64,000 nt of DNA, taken from NCBI GenBank assembly GCA_031835245.2, contig JAVKOQ020000004.1, forward strand, positions 434,001-498,000. Reading direction: 5' to 3'. The notes beneath the pieces are model-generated. The model was not told the DNA's origin and searched no databases. It worked only from the letters and a program-made list of their open reading frames with translations. The stretch's first letter is position 1, and every line of letters begins with the position of its first letter. Shown here one piece after another: positions 38,238 through 52,007 of the stretch. This DNA is from Balamuthia mandrillaris. Lineage: Eukaryota. Position numbers and translations under genes: made by a program.

Positions 38238-38760
38238 GGAACGTTGGTGGTGGGGTGTGCTTCTCTCTTCTTCTGTAGAGCCATGCTCTCCGCTGGAGTC
38301 AAGCGAAGAGGCTTGCATTCTTTTCCCTATCTCTCTCTCTTCTTTTTGGTTCCCTTTGCTGTTATTCAGTTATCGATAATTTGTCAAATTTTTCCAAACT
38401 GTTTGCTGTCGACAGATAAACATGACAATTCGACTTTCGGTTCGAAACCTGCTGCGGACATATTTGTTTTTTAAAATTTGTCGACAAATGCCGGGTGCTG
38501 GGTTCGACACCTATCGACAGCAATTTTCTGATCAAACATGTGTTTCTCTCTATTTGATATTATATGAGATCTCATATAATATCATTGAAAACATTTCAAT
38601 CTAAGATAAACAACTCCAACATCACTACATGCATAATATTGTTTAATATCCTAGTAGGTATGTTGGAAAAAGTCTAATAGGATAATAGATTACTATCAAA
38701 AAAAAAAAGTGAAATTAAAGAAGAAAGAAAAAGAGTAGAAAAGAAGTAGCGCAAAGCGCC

Positions 38761-39143
38761 ATGACGGATGGCCTCTACTTCAACGACGGGGCGGAGGACT
38801 ACGGCGAGTACGACCTCTACGAGCGCGAGCTGAACCAAAACAATCACGACCAGGAGGAGGAGGACTACGAGGACCACGAGACCCAAGGAGGAGGGGGAGG
38901 AGGAGAAAATCGCAGGGAGGAGCTGGAGGATTTGCTCTACTTGAAGGTCTACACCGGGGCGTTCGATGAGGCGTTGAAACCAGGTCGGGCGAGTGCAGGT
39001 ACGGAGAAGAAGAAACGGGGAGGAGGGGAAGAGGGAGGGGCGGAGGAAGGAGAACTCGCAGAAGAAGAAGAAGACAGCGGAGATTGGATAAGCGGGAAGA
39101 AAAGCGGCGGGGGCGGTGGCGGCGGAGGCGGAAGAAGGGTACC

Positions 39144-39192
<49 letters not shown>

Positions 39193-41970
39193 GTCTATCC
39201 CTCTCTTCTCTCTCTTGATCTCCCTCTTGTTCTTTTTTTCTTTCTTTCTTTTAATCTTTTTAATCAAAAAAAAAAAAAGCGCTACTGGGAGACACCCAAT
39301 CAAACGGTGAAGTGTTTTATTTGCGGGCAAATGGGTCACATGAGCTTCGAGTGCGTCGAAGAAGGTTCTGCTGTACGTGTGGTTCTTTTTGTGTGGTATT
39401 TTCTGTTTTTGACACGAAGAGAAAAAATAAAAGAGAGGAGGCCCTCCGAGACTTTGCTACGTGTGTAGCGAGGAAGGACACATCTCAAGAGTGCGTATCT
39501 CTCTTCTCTCTTGAAATATGTAACAAAAGAAAGATCAGAAAAACAAAGAGGGCGAGAGAGAGAGAGAGAGAGAGAAAAGAGAGATAGATGAGATTCTGCC
39601 TTCTCTCGCATCTCCATCTGACAAAAAACGGTTTGGTATACATAGGATTGCCCTCAAAAGTTAACATGTTATCGTTGCAACGAAAGAGGACACATAGCAA
39701 GAGTATTATACTCTCTTTTTTTATACTTCTTCTTTGATCCTTTGCATCTTTCTCCTCTCTCTCTGTCTCTCTCTCGCCCTCTCGCCCTCTCCCTCTCTCT
39801 CTGCCGTTGTGTTGCTCATTACTAATTTTTGGTGGAATAAAGGACTGCAACGGGTATTACCGAGAGAGGGATAGAGGAGGATCGTCAAGTAGCAGCTATT
39901 CTTCTTCATCACGCCGGTCACGAGGAGGAGGAGAAGAAGATGACTATCAGCGCTACGACATGCCAGATGGGCGCAACAAACGACAAAAACGATACGACAA
40001 TGAAGACAGAAACAGGGATAGAGACCGATATAGAGACAGAGATCGATATAGAGAAAGAGACAGGCAAGAAGATACAGGCAATAGACAAAGCGAAAGCAAT
40101 GATGGAGATAGAGACGGAGAAAACAAAGAAGGAGAACGAAACACTGACCGGCGGTTGTTTGGGCGGGACAGAAGCAGTTCGCACGCTCAAAATGAAGGTA
40201 CTCTTCACCCATCTCCAACTTCCTCCTCCTCAACTTCATTATCATCTTCAGCTCATTGTGAGAGGGAGCACTCTCCTTCCTTTCCCAGAGGGAGAAGTAG
40301 AGAAGAAACAACAACGACAACAAAGACAACGACACCAATTGGGAAAAAACAAACGGGAAAAGAGGAGGAAGGATTAAACGGATCGGTAGGAGAAGGAGGA
40401 GAAAGAAGAGGTTTGAATGGGGTACACGAGGAAGAGCAAAAGAAAGGAGGAAAGAACGAAAAGAAGGTAAAGAATAAACAGAAGGAAAAACAAAAGACAC
40501 AAGAACAAGAAACCACTCCCAAGTTCTACGACGTCAGAGAAATCGACTTCAACAATGAAAGTGTAACAATACCAACAATTGAAGGAGAAGAAGCAGGGAA
40601 CCTGAAAGACGAACACAACGATAGCGAACGCGATGAAGTCGAGAACGAGGATGACAAAGAATACGAGAATAACGAAGAGGCCGAGGAGGAGGGCGAAGAC
40701 GACGATGGTAGCATTCTGATCAACATTGTGTCGGAAGAACGATGGCCAACGCTACCACAAAAGAATCGTCACCCAAGTGCTTCGAACGTTATCGTTATTT
40801 CAGACGGAGAAGAAGCAGAACATGAAGGAAGGCACACCAAAATGAAGACAAGCACAGCTGACGAAGAAGACGACGTCATCTGTGTGGAGAAAGAGGAAGC
40901 AGTGCTGCCTGTCACACGTGTGCGGCGTTTCAGTGAAGGCGTCGTTTCCTCTGGTCCTTTGCTTCTTCCCTCTCCTAAACGTAAGTTTTGTTACAATTGT
41001 GGGCGTCGTGGTCATGTTGGACAGGTTTTTCGTAACTCCCCTTCACGCTCTCCTCTCCTCTCCTCTCCTCTCCTCTCCTCTCCTCTCCTCTCCTCCTCTT
41101 CTTCTCTCTCCTAAACATTCGCAACCAAAACAAATACAAAAGAACTGTTCTCTTTCAACAATGGACGAGATGGGAGGATACACCAAACAGCCACCAAAAC
41201 GAAGGGACAGCAACGGCACTTGGCTCATCTTTGACGAGGAAGCACAGGACTATCTTACCACTGCAGAACGTTTTCTGCCTCCTTCACCTTCATCTCGATC
41301 TTCTCACCGTAACTTAAAACGAAAGAGAAGCAGTTTAAGCGATATGGATGATCGACGACGTTATTATGATGATGAAAGCGAAGAAGACGAACAATACTAT
41401 TTGGAAGAGGAAGCAACGAATTATCAGCAAAACAGAAAAAAGAAGAAAGGAACGTTGCAAAGAGGAGACAAGAAGATGGAGAAATGGTATAGGAACGTGG
41501 TGAAGCAGCAAGCCAAAGAAGAGGAACGCAAAAGAAGAGATTCCGACAAGAAACGAAAGAGAGACAGCAAGAAGCTCATCAACAAACTAAACAACGAATT
41601 GGGGACGAGGGATGATGACAAGGCAGAAGCTCTGCTCCAGCAAATGACCAACAAAGAGAAACGACTTTTGCTGCGCAAGCGAAAAGAGACATCGACGACT
41701 AATAACACTCGAGCAACGGATTCTTCTCTTTCTTCTGCTGCAACAGAAACAAAAGGCCGAGACGGAAAGAGAAGAGGAGGAGGAGGAGGTGACAACAACG
41801 ACTATTACGGAAGAAGACAAACACAACCTGGACAACAACAACAGCAACAAAAGAGAAGAAGTTTTGATGAGAGTCGAAAGAACGAGGCGAATGGTTTCGC
41901 GGGAGATGTGTCGAGGAGCAAAAAACCTTTCAACAACAACAAGAAGAAGAAGAAGAAGAATGGATATTGA
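38761..41970 (+). CDS. CCHC zinc-knuckle protein, Air1/ZCCHC7-like, multi-exon
   Basis: RYW..KCFICGQMGHMSFEC, LCYVCSEEGHISR|DC, TCYRCNERGHIAR|DC, and a distal FCYNCGRRGHVGQ|NC. Confidence 0.75.
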
Positions 41971-42101
41971 AACCAACAACTAACAAACAAAAAAAACGAT
42001 TACTTGACAATGGAGGAGAGAGATGAAAAGAAGAAGAGAAGCAGAGAACGACGAAGAGACAAGAGAGCAAAGCAAGGGAGTGAGATAACCTTGTTGTATG
42101 T

Positions 42102-42647
42102 TCAGAAAGGAAGAACGAGACCTCCTCCGCCTCCAAGATAAAGGAAATAGCCAAAGGCGAGGGTGAGGGGAAGGTGGACCAGAAGGGCGCCGATCTTGAT
42201 GCTGACATCCTTCTCCTTGAGCACCATGAGCGTGAGGAACAGGTGGTAGAGGCCCATTCCGGCCGCGAAGCCCTGTTTGGATTTCTCTGTGTCCGGAGCT
42301 GATTTGTTTTAGAAGGAGGGTGGTGAGATGTGCATGCTCAGCAGATGACGAGACAACAAGGGGGATAGAAACCTGCGGCAAGGAAGAAGCTGGTCACTGC
42401 GAGAGCCAACACGGCAGCGCTCCACCATCTAACCGCGGTGAGACCTTGCGGCGCTTGCAACTGTTTTCATCAAAAACTGGTAATCAATCTCAAAGGGCAC
42501 AAAAAAAGAAAGGCAATCGTCAAAGATTTCAAGAAACAAAAAGTGTACTTTGGAAAAAGTGGGCATGATGTTAGGGTTGAGCAAGGACACCAAACCGGCC
42601 CCTCCTTCGATGGCCGCGTTCACCACAAACAACCAGTACTGCCACAT
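42102..42647 (-). CDS. Small multi-TM membrane protein, tandem copy B (3 exons)
   Basis: MWQYWLFVVNAAIEGGAGLVSLLNP..|LQAPQGLTAVRWWSAAVLALAVTSFFLA|APDTEKSKQGFAAGMGLYHLFL..GGGGLVLPF*. Confidence 0.8.
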
Positions 42648-42785
42648 CTCTCTCCGTTCTTGCTCTTCTCTTTCTTTTTCTGTTTTTATTAAACTAACGT
42701 TCCTTTTTTCAGAGGAGAGAGAGAGAGAGCGGGCGCGAGAAGAGAACGATGAAGGGAAAGCTTTTTCTTAAGGGGATGGGTGCGT

Positions 42786-43322
42786 TTAGAATGGAAGGGT
42801 GAGGCCTCCGCCAAGGTAAACAAAGTAAGCAAAGCCGAGGGCGAGGGGAACGTGAATGAGAACTCCGCCGATCTGGACGATGGCTTTCTCTTTGAGCACC
42901 ATGAGGGTCAGGAACAGGTGGTAGAGGCCCATTCCGGCCGCGAAGCCCTGTTTCGACCTTTCTGTGTCCGGAGCTGTGTTGTGTTGAAATAAAAGATGAG
43001 ATAGGAAGAGAGACTTTGACAGAAGAAGCGGAAGAGAAGAGAAACCTCCGGCAAGGAAGAAGCTGGTCACTGCGAGAGCCAACACAGCAGCGCTCCACCA
43101 TCTAACCGCGGTGAGACCTTGCGGCGCTTGCAACTATTTGATGCAGAAGAGGATCAAAAAAAGAGAACAAGTGTTACACTATAGGACCAAAGCGTTACAT
43201 AAAAGTTTTTTTATGAAACGTACTTTGGAAAACGTGGGCATGAAGTTGGGGTTCAGCAGGGAGCCCAAACCGGCAACGGCTTCGACGACCGTGTTCGCCA
43301 CGAACAACCAATACTGCCACAT
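42786..43322 (-). CDS. Small multi-TM membrane protein, tandem copy A (3 exons)
   Basis: MWQYWLFVANTVVEAVAGLGSLLNP..|LQAPQGLTAVRWWSAAV..|APDTERSKQGFAAGMGLYH..GGGLTLPF*. Same exon structure as copy B. Confidence 0.8.
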
Positions 43323-43422
43323 CTCCGCTCTTCTTTCTGCGACAAAGTAGTTTTTTTCTTTTTTTTCTTTTTTTTTTTCTTTTTTTTCTGTTTCTTTTTG
43401 TTTAACTTTTAGTCGCGCCCCT

Positions 43423-43755
43423 TCAAGAAGTAGAGGAAGAAGGATGAGTCCTGTTGTTGCGGCTCGTCATGGTTGGTCTTGGCGCTTTGTGTTTAGATAT
43501 CTTTTGAAGCTTGTTGCGAACAGAGAGGACAGTGGCGTTGACGGACGACGAAGTTGTTGTTGAGGAAGAAGAAGGAGTATAGGAGCTGTCGGAGGAAAGA
43601 CGAGGCCGTTTATGTTGTTGTGGTGTTGCTGCTACGGCTTGGGCTTGAGGCAGCGATGAAGATGAAGATGGAGATGGAGATGATGACGGTGGAGACCGCA
43701 AAGAAGAATAGGACCGTTTTGCTAAACAAACATGTAAGAACCATAAATGAGAGGA

Positions 43756-43818
<63 letters not shown>

Positions 43819-44567
43819 CAGAGAAAGAAGAGAGGCGAACTCCGCTGAATTTTATGAAGGATGGTGGATCGTCTCTCCTCGAGCTTCAGGCACGTATCGG
43901 AGAGTGTCTCAAACTCAGGAGCATAGGCCACATGCAACAGGGATCCGAAAAAGTTATAGTTGTTACACTTCTTCTTGGCAAACCTCGCCTCCGCGATGTG
44001 CGCGTATCTTATCCAGTAAACCTCGGTATATTCGGGAGCAGGGTAGTCATCCAGAAACCTCCATCTTCACAGCAAAAGAAGATGGGAGAATTGGAGATCA
44101 GCTTAAAAAACGAGAGAAGAGAGGCAGAGAACGTGCAAAGAGAGAAGAAACAGAGAGAGGAGAGAGGAGAGAGTGAAGAGAAGAGAGAAGCAAAGAGGAA
44201 GCAGAGAAGCAGAGAAAGAATGAAGGGATGAAAGTAGGGAAAACATACTCCTCAACGGTGCCATACAATGCAAAGAGGTTGATGAGTTCTTTGGAGGCTC
44301 CAACTGTTGGAACGTTTTGCACAATGAGATATCTGTTTTTTGTTTTTCAAAAAATGAAAAAGAAAAAAAGAAAAGAATGAGAACAAAGCATCAAACCACA
44401 AACCGTAAAGCAAAAATGGCGAACCTCGATTCTTGATTTACAGTGTATACTTTTACAGCGGTTTCTTTCTTGGTGCTCCTGTACTTTTTTCGGGTTTCGC
44501 AAGGCTCTGTGCGTTGGTGGACGGCCGGTTTGCGAGTCACAGAAGCAAGGATGTTGCTCTCTTCCAT
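43423..44567 (-). CDS. RBM48: RNA-binding protein 48 (minor-spliceosome factor), 4 exons
   Basis: AVKVYTVNQES|RYLIVQNVP..ELINLFALYGTVEE|WRFLDDYPAPEYTEVYWIRY..ARFAKKK..FFGSLLHVAYAPEFET. Confidence 0.88.
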
Positions 44568-44798
44568 CTATCTTGCTTTCTTTTCTCTTATCTATGTAAA
44601 GAATGTTAACTATGAGATTCCAATCATTCTCTTCATTCATATCATGCTTATCATTACACACATTTTTTACATACCAAACATTCTTCGGCACAAAATAAAA
44701 TAAATTAAAATAAATAAAATAATAAAAGGAATAAAGAAACAAGAAGAGAAGAAGAGTCCAACGAAAACGGACAGACCCCTTTTGTTTGTTTTTGTCCT

Positions 44799-46014
44799 CT
44801 AGTTCTGTTTAAATCCCTGCAAGGACAACAAGAGCAGGTCAAAGAATCGCTTGACGGAAGGAATGCAGCACTTCTCGTCAGGCGTGTGAGCGTCCCTGAT
44901 GTCCGGCCCGATGCTCACGCAGTCCATGTCGGGGTACCTCCCCTTGACGAAGCCGCACTCCAAGCCGGCATGCACCGAGTAGATGCGCGGCTCCTTGCCG
45001 AACACCTTCTCGCAGGCCTCCTTGACCACCACCAGTGCCTTGCTCTCCATGTCGGGGTTCCATCCGGGAGCGTAGTTGAGCATCTCTGAGATGCGGCCGC
45101 CAGCAAGACGGACCAAACCCTGCAACCTCTTCCTGACGTCGAGCAGTTGGGAGTCGGAGGAGGAACGGGCGAATTGGTGGATGAAGAGGTGGTCTTGGCT
45201 CAGCTTGACGACGGAGCAGCTGATGGAGGTCTCCACTTCTTTCTGGTCGAAAGGAACGTTGCGAAGAGCGCCGTGCAGCATGCTTGCTATGAAATCAAAG
45301 ACCTAACGTGTTTGTTGTTAGATTCTTTATAAGAGAAGACAGAGAGCGAGAGAGAGAGAGAGAGAGAGAGAGAACAAAAGAGAGAATGAAAAAAGAAAAC
45401 AGCGATGACAGAAGAGAGAAAGGATGAGAATCATACCTTTTGGGTGGAGGCAGCGTCAAGCGGCAGTTGCTCATCTTGCTGTTGTTGAGAGACAGGTTCG
45501 ATGAGGAGGATGATGTTCTCCTCAATGCTGATATGCTCCTGCTTCACGACAGCCAACAGCTGCTCCATCTTTTCCTTAAAGAGAGACACCTTGTCCTCAG
45601 GCAGCGCCACTTGCGCAAAGCATTCCCTAGGGATGGTGTTGACGGCACCACCACCCTCCAAAGAGCAAAGCCGCAAACCAGGGACCTCTTCCTCCATAGT
45701 ATGGGCCAACATGCGTGACAGAACTTTGATGGCGTTGGCCCTGCCCTTGTGAATGTCAATGCCAGTGTGACCACCTACCAATCCCTTCAATGCAACAGAG
45801 AGACGAGTCAGCGTTTCAGGCGTTGTGGTTCGTTCCACTGGGATGGTGATGTGGACTTCAAAGCCGCCTGCGCAGCCGATACAGATGGCTTCCTCTTCCT
45901 CGCTGTCCACATTGATGAGGATCTTACTTTGCATAAAAGGAGCTGGTGCCAAGAACTCTGCTCCTGCCATTGTTGTTTCTTCATCTCTGAATAAAGGAAG
46001 CATAAAAAAGGGTC

Positions 46015-46067
<53 letters not shown>

Positions 46068-46467
46068 TGTAAAACAGAGAGCAGCAGACAAGAAGAAGAA
46101 AGAAGAAGGAAGAAAGTACACGGTGAACAAGCACTCCAGAGGTCCGTGGAGGGCGTCTGGGTTTGCGAGAATCGCAAGGCAGGCAGCCAGGCCCATGCCG
46201 TTGTCTGAGCCCAAAGTCGTTCCTTTGGCTTTCAACCACTGCTCAACAACACCAGTTTAGCGACAAAATGAACACCGAGAGAACAAGGAAGTTACCTCGC
46301 CAGAGATCTCACAATTGATAGGGTCCTTGAGGAAGTCGAACACGGTGCCCTCGTTGGCGGAACACACCATGTCCATGTGACACTGAATGGCCACGGAGGG
46401 TACCTCCTCCCAACCCTTTGCCGCTTTTCTGTTGTGCAGCAGTCATACCAGTTCAGTCAGACAGTGC

Positions 46468-46498
<31 letters not shown>

Positions 46499-46892
46499 TG
46501 AGTGAGTGAGTGAGTGAGCAAGAAGAGAAAGAGAGAGTGACGAGAACGACAAGCAAGCTTGCTCGAAGGGGACATAATAAAAAAAAAACGCCGTACTTGC
46601 GAATGAGGACGTTGCCGATTTCGTCGGTGAAGCCTTGGCAGCCTTCCCATGACTCTGCCAGCTGCAACAGGTGTTGGCGCAGCGCGTCCAAGTGGCTGGA
46701 CATCCGCGGGATCTCCGTTCTTCATTATTTTTAACGTATAAAGCATCAAATATATTACAAAGAAGAAGATGGGAAAGAAAAAGGGAGAGAAGAAGGTACG
46801 AACAGCATCAAGAAAAAGGCCCACACATCCTTGGGCTCAGGGAGCTGGGCCAACAGCTCCCTGTTGCACTCTCGCTGCAAGTAGGACGCCAT
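44799..46892 (-). CDS. pepD: Aminoacyl-histidine dipeptidase (M20C family), multi-exon
   Basis: [77 protein letters not shown]. Confidence 0.92.
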
Positions 46893-47642
46893 CTCTCTTC
46901 TTCTTGTTTTCACTGTTTCCCACTGTCCGCAGAAAAAAATTCCATACAATAATCCGCAAAAAATACAAATTTATCCACGATAATTCGAAAAATTGGAGTT
47001 CTGTCGGCAATAATTCGACTTGTTAATGCAAAACGAACGAACAGAAGATAGTGAACCATTGCGGCTTACTCTTTGTTTGCTGTATGGTAGGTGGAGCTGT
47101 TTCAGGTGAAATCAATGGTGTACTTCAAGGACCACAAACATTTGCTGATTTGACTACAACGGAAAAAACAGATGTGGTTAAAACAGAGATGTGTCGAGTT
47201 TATTGGTTAGGTAGAGCCAGAAGCCACGGCAACGGCCTGCATTCCATGTTCATTCAACGATGGAGATCAACACTTTTGTTGTTTTTTTTCTATTTGAAGA
47301 ATGAAAAAAGTTCCACGTCTCAGCACTCTGACAAGGAGAGAGCAAAACAGGAACTTTTAAGAGAGTCCAGAAATTTGCATTTCTGCAGAGGTATTGGATG
47401 AAGTAGTTTTCAACCAGCAAAAAGCCATGCATCCCTAAGGCGGTCACTTGCAAATATGGCTTTACCCCGAGCGTAAAGATGGAGAAAAAGACCTCACGCA
47501 CTTCGCCCCTATCAACCGCCCAGCTGCTCCGACTTTGGTTGTGGGACGGCGAAAGGGTTTCCGAGAGAGCTGTAAAACAGAAAGATTACAGAACTTTTCC
47601 TCAGCGAAAAGGCACGCCACGAGATAATCATTTCTGCCGACA

Positions 47643-47739
47643 TGTCGACAGAATTAACCAGAATGATGATGTCAGCAATGTCGACATGTCGACGCAGTTT
47701 ACGGCGGTGACGTCATCATTGTCGACAGACATGTCGACA
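47643..47739. promoter_or_regulatory. Cluster of five TGTCGAC(A/G) palindromic motifs just upstream of the SMYD-like ATG
   Basis: Copies at 47643, 47679, 47687, 47720 and 47732. The same motif recurs in other promoters. Confidence 0.6.
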
Positions 47740-47784
47740 GAAGGGAAAAAGAAAAGAAAGGAAAAGAAAGGAAAAGAAAAGCAG

Positions 47785-49836
47785 ATGATGGAGCGAGTGC
47801 GGCCGGGCAGTGCGCCTTTTGCTGAGGAATACTTTGACGGCGTTTTGGCGAACGGCGAGGTCATTCAGAGCGGTTCCGGTACGTGCGCTTCGTTTCTCTC
47901 TCTCTCTCTCTCTCTCTTTTGTTTAACGGAGTTTTAAAAAAAAAAACAGATCGGTTTAGCGTAGCGGAAACGCTGGCTGTGAAATGGGAATCGAAGGAGA
48001 AAGGAAAAGGTCTTTATGCCCTCCGGAAGATACCCGCTGGTTCCATCATCTTCAAAGAGAAACCTCTCATCGCGTTGCAAGACACTCCGAACAAGGTCTG
48101 TTCTGAGCGGTTGATCCGTCGTTCGCTCCTATTCTTTCTGTCCTTACGGCTGAACGTATGTTCTTTTGTTTGTTTTTTTTTTTAAGGCGCAAGTGGAAGC
48201 ATGTGCCTATTGTCTCCGGTTTGTAGGCTCGCTGGAAGGTCAACTGGCGTTGATCACCGCTGAAACTTCTCGACCGTATTCTCCTGGTCAGTCTTTCTCT
48301 TCGCTTTACTTGTTCTTTGCTTCGCTGCTCCTTTCTTCTCTGCTTCTATGTTCTCAATTGACAGACTATATATGTTGTTTGTTTGCTGCAGAGCAAGCGT
48401 TGCCCTTCCAAGAGCGTTGCATGGGAAGCAAAGAGCCATTGCCATCTTCTCTTCCTTGCTCGGAGGGTGGTGTGGAGCGTTACTGCAGCGTTTCCTGTCG
48501 GGAACGAGCTCTTGCCTCTCACCAAAAGCTCCTCAGCTGGCGTACTTCACGCCCTGTTCCTGGACATCCCCTCTATGCCTTTGATACTCACGCTATTGGT
48601 TCGTCTAATTCTTGCTTCTCTCTCTCTCTCCTCTGTTTGACGGATTGAAAGATAGGGCATCATTCTGATTTATTCTCTATCTTTACTCTCAAATCGTTTA
48701 TCCATATACAGAGAGCGGGTGCGATGCTTTTCGTTTGGCGGCCGCCATCATCGCCAAGACAGTCCTCGAGGCAGAAAGAAATGGCGGCGATGTTTCCAAA
48801 GCATGGTACCCTTTCGGGCAATTTGTGCGAGCGCCTTGGTGGGAGGTTAAACCATCTCCTGAAGAAGACGATGACGAACCAAAGACAACGGAAGAAGAGA
48901 AAGAACGACGCCAACGTTGGAAGGCGGAACTGAAACGGGATTTGGGCCAGTCTCTTGCTTTGTTGCGCCACGCTTTCCAACCTTTCTCAGAAAAGTACCC
49001 TCAATGTATGTCCGCCTTCCTGTTGTTGTTCTTCTCCTGGTTCTTCTTCATTTTCTTATCTCCTCCTCCTCCTCCTCCTCCTCCATTTTCTTCTTCTTTT
49101 TTGCTGCTCTTTCTTTCTTCCTTCTCCCTGTTTCAAGAAAAAAATAAGTACTAACAAAAAACATACAGTATTCACAGAAGAATTCTACAGCGACATCATG
49201 GGAATGTTAGAGCTGAACTCTCTCTACCTCCAAATCCGTTCCCCGCTGGAGCGTTACTTTGGCAACTTGGAGCGGCGCCTCACTCCCGAAGAATACGAGA
49301 GCGTTCGCGAGGAGCTCAGCTCCGTTTTAGCCGCTGTCAACGAACAACTCGAGTCTTCTGCTTGCATCGACTGCGACCACGATCACGACCATCACCACGA
49401 AGGAGAAGATGAAGAGGAGGAGGACGAAGAGGATGAAGAGAAAGAGGGTAAACAAAAGGGCAAAGAAAAAGATAAGGAGAAAGAAGAGGACGAAGAGGAC
49501 GAAGATGAAGAAAACGAGTTTGAGTTCCCGGCGTGTTGTGGAACTGGATTGTATGCAGTGCAATCATGCTTGAATCACAGCTGCCAGCCAAACGTTCAAG
49601 TGTTTGGGTTTAACGAGAACAGCAACGACAAGAAAAAGAAGAGCAGCGAGAACGAAGAGGACGAAGCACAAAACAGACAGGAAGACAGCACACTTATTTG
49701 TTGGGCCTTGCGGGATATCGAAGCAGGAGAAGAGCTGCTGATGTCGTACATCGACGAACGAGCTGACAAAGAGGAGCGACAAAGAGCGTTGCTTTATCCG
49801 TACTCCTTTAGATGTGCTTGCCCCAAATGCGCTTAA
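47785..49836 (+). CDS. SET/MYND-type (SMYD5-like) lysine methyltransferase, multi-exon
   Basis: KGKGLYA..IIFKEKP, CAYCLRF..RYCSVSCR, GTGLYAVQSCLNHSCQPN, ELLMSYID, YSFRCACPKC. Confidence 0.85.
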
Positions 49837-50012
49837 CATACCGAAACAAGAAAGAAAGAAAGAAAGAAAGAAACGACAAGAAAGCAGGACGACAAGACAT
49901 GAAAGAGAACACTTTTAACAATGCAAATGTTGACGAGTTACTTTCCACAAAACAAAACAAAAGAGGAAAAGGAAACAAAGAAGAATCTCTGAGAGGTGCT
50001 GATTTTTTTTCC

Positions 50013-50218
50013 TTAGAAGCGGCCTTGAATGAGCTTGTCGAGTTGGTCGCGAAGTTCGATGAGTTGAGGACGAGGCAGCATGGCGGCGTGGCCCAGCAGA
50101 GCCCCCACCGTTACTGCAGCTGGCTTGATGAACGTGCGGAGGTGCACGTACACACACAATCCCGTTATCATTTGGCAATCCATTCTGTTTTTTTTTTGTG
50201 TATTGTTAATTGAGAAAA

Positions 50219-50263
<45 letters not shown>

Positions 50264-51370
50264 AACAGAAAAAGTAAGCAATAAGTACCTATCGGTGACA
50301 CCACCATGGCCTGGGATGATACTGTCAAAGTCCTACCAAAAGTAAAAAAAAGGCGAGAAGATACTACGTTAGGACGACGAGCAGAGTGAGAAAGAAGGAA
50401 AAAGGCCACATACCTTGATGGAAAAGGCGCGCTTCAGGCCGCTGGCAAAGAAACCACCAAATGGAGCAATGATAGAAGCAAAGAGTGCAAATAGAATAGA
50501 ATGAAGTTGGATTGGAAGCACCGTAAATTGAGTCCACTCCACTCCAAACTGAATTTCATTAGTCAGTAAACTCGATTTCAAGACAAAAGAGGAAAGAAGA
50601 GAAGAAAGAAAGAGAACGTACGCTATTGCGAAGGAAGGAACTAAGAGTGGAAGGCAGAACGTAGGAGTGAGGCAAGAACACTTCGTCGGGGGTGCAGTCC
50701 AGGTTACTCGGAGTGTTGATGCCCAGATCTACCTTTGGGCAAATGAAGTAGTTGTACTGAGACAACAAACCAGAGAACTATGTGAAAGTTTGTTGTTTTT
50801 TAAAAAGTGCAAATGATGAGCATTCAACAATGATAAAGAAACGGTTTGTAAATAAGGAGTGCGAGAGAGCGCTTACATAGAATGCAAAGAGCAAGGTGAA
50901 AATGGCAGCACCAATGAAGCCTTCCCAGGTTTTGTTGGGAGAAAGCTTGGTGAGTTTTTTCTTGATGAAGCGACGGCCCAAAGCGAGGCCGCAGAAGTAT
51001 GCCATTATATCATTGCATATGATCAACGAGTGAGGCAACAACAGCCAGAATAGACCTTCGTAAATGTTGTTGATGATAACGGAGGATTGAACCACAACAA
51101 GGCCCTTTTGACAAACGGGTGGAGCGTGTCATTACAAAGAGAAGCAAAGAATAGATGGAAAGAATGTTACAAGAGTCATCAAAGTCCAAGCAAACTGTTG
51201 GAACTGGAAGAAGAAATATCCTTTTTTCAAGCTGAGCACGAATCCAACGAACCCTATTTGTAACATAAAGTCAGTGTGTGCTCTCTTTGGTGAAATAGCA
51301 GTGAACCACTATAAAGAACACAGTACAGAGGAGGAAATGGAAAACAAGAGGGGAGACGGAGGGAGGGAGG

Positions 51371-51421
<51 letters not shown>

Positions 51422-51907
51422 CAAACCGATGACGTAAAGGGAGAAGGAGAGCCAAAGGTGGTAGTGCGCAAGGAACGCATATTCGGTGTATCGCACGGCT
51501 ATAAGGTCAAGAAGGGGCTCTCCATAGATCCAAAAATAGCTGGTCAGCAGGAAGTAATAGTTGATGGTGCGAAAGAGGGGCAGCAGCTGTTGGCCTTTCT
51601 CCTCCTCCACGGCTTGGCTCTGCTTGTAGCGCAGGGAGACCACCTCACGAAAGACCAACGTCTGGATGAGGACCACCAACAAAGAGACCCAAAAGTGGCC
51701 CAGGTAGAGGAGGAAAGCGAACATGAAGACGAGGAGAGCACCAAAGATGGTCCTCTTGAGCACTTTGGAGGCGAGGGTGCCGGCATCGGTTCCTTGCGGG
51801 GCCGCTGGGGCCTTCTTTTTCTTCGCTGCGTCCGGCTGTGTCGTAGTGGAGCCCTTCTTGGAGGCCTCAGCACCGCCTTTCTTTGTCCCGGCCGTTCGTT
51901 GTCTCAT
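50013..51907 (-). CDS. CDS: Phosphatidate cytidylyltransferase (CDP-DAG synthase), multi-exon
   Basis: [58 protein letters not shown]. Confidence 0.93.
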
Positions 51908-51965
51908 CGTATGTTCTGGTTCAGCAAAAAAAAAAAAAACTCAGCGGTAGTTTAAATCCGTGGAG

Positions 51966-52007
<42 letters not shown>

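Noticed and set aside
38439..38511. Two GGTTCGAnnCC B-box/T-loop-like motifs suggesting tRNA genes
   Set aside because: The T-stems do not pair, and no D-arm, anticodon arm or acceptor stem can be built. They more likely reflect the local TCGA motif cluster.
47051..47480. Short ORFs here and at 58753-59127 in intergenic DNA
   Set aside because: No recognisable motifs, starts or splice pattern. They may be decayed fragments but cannot be supported.
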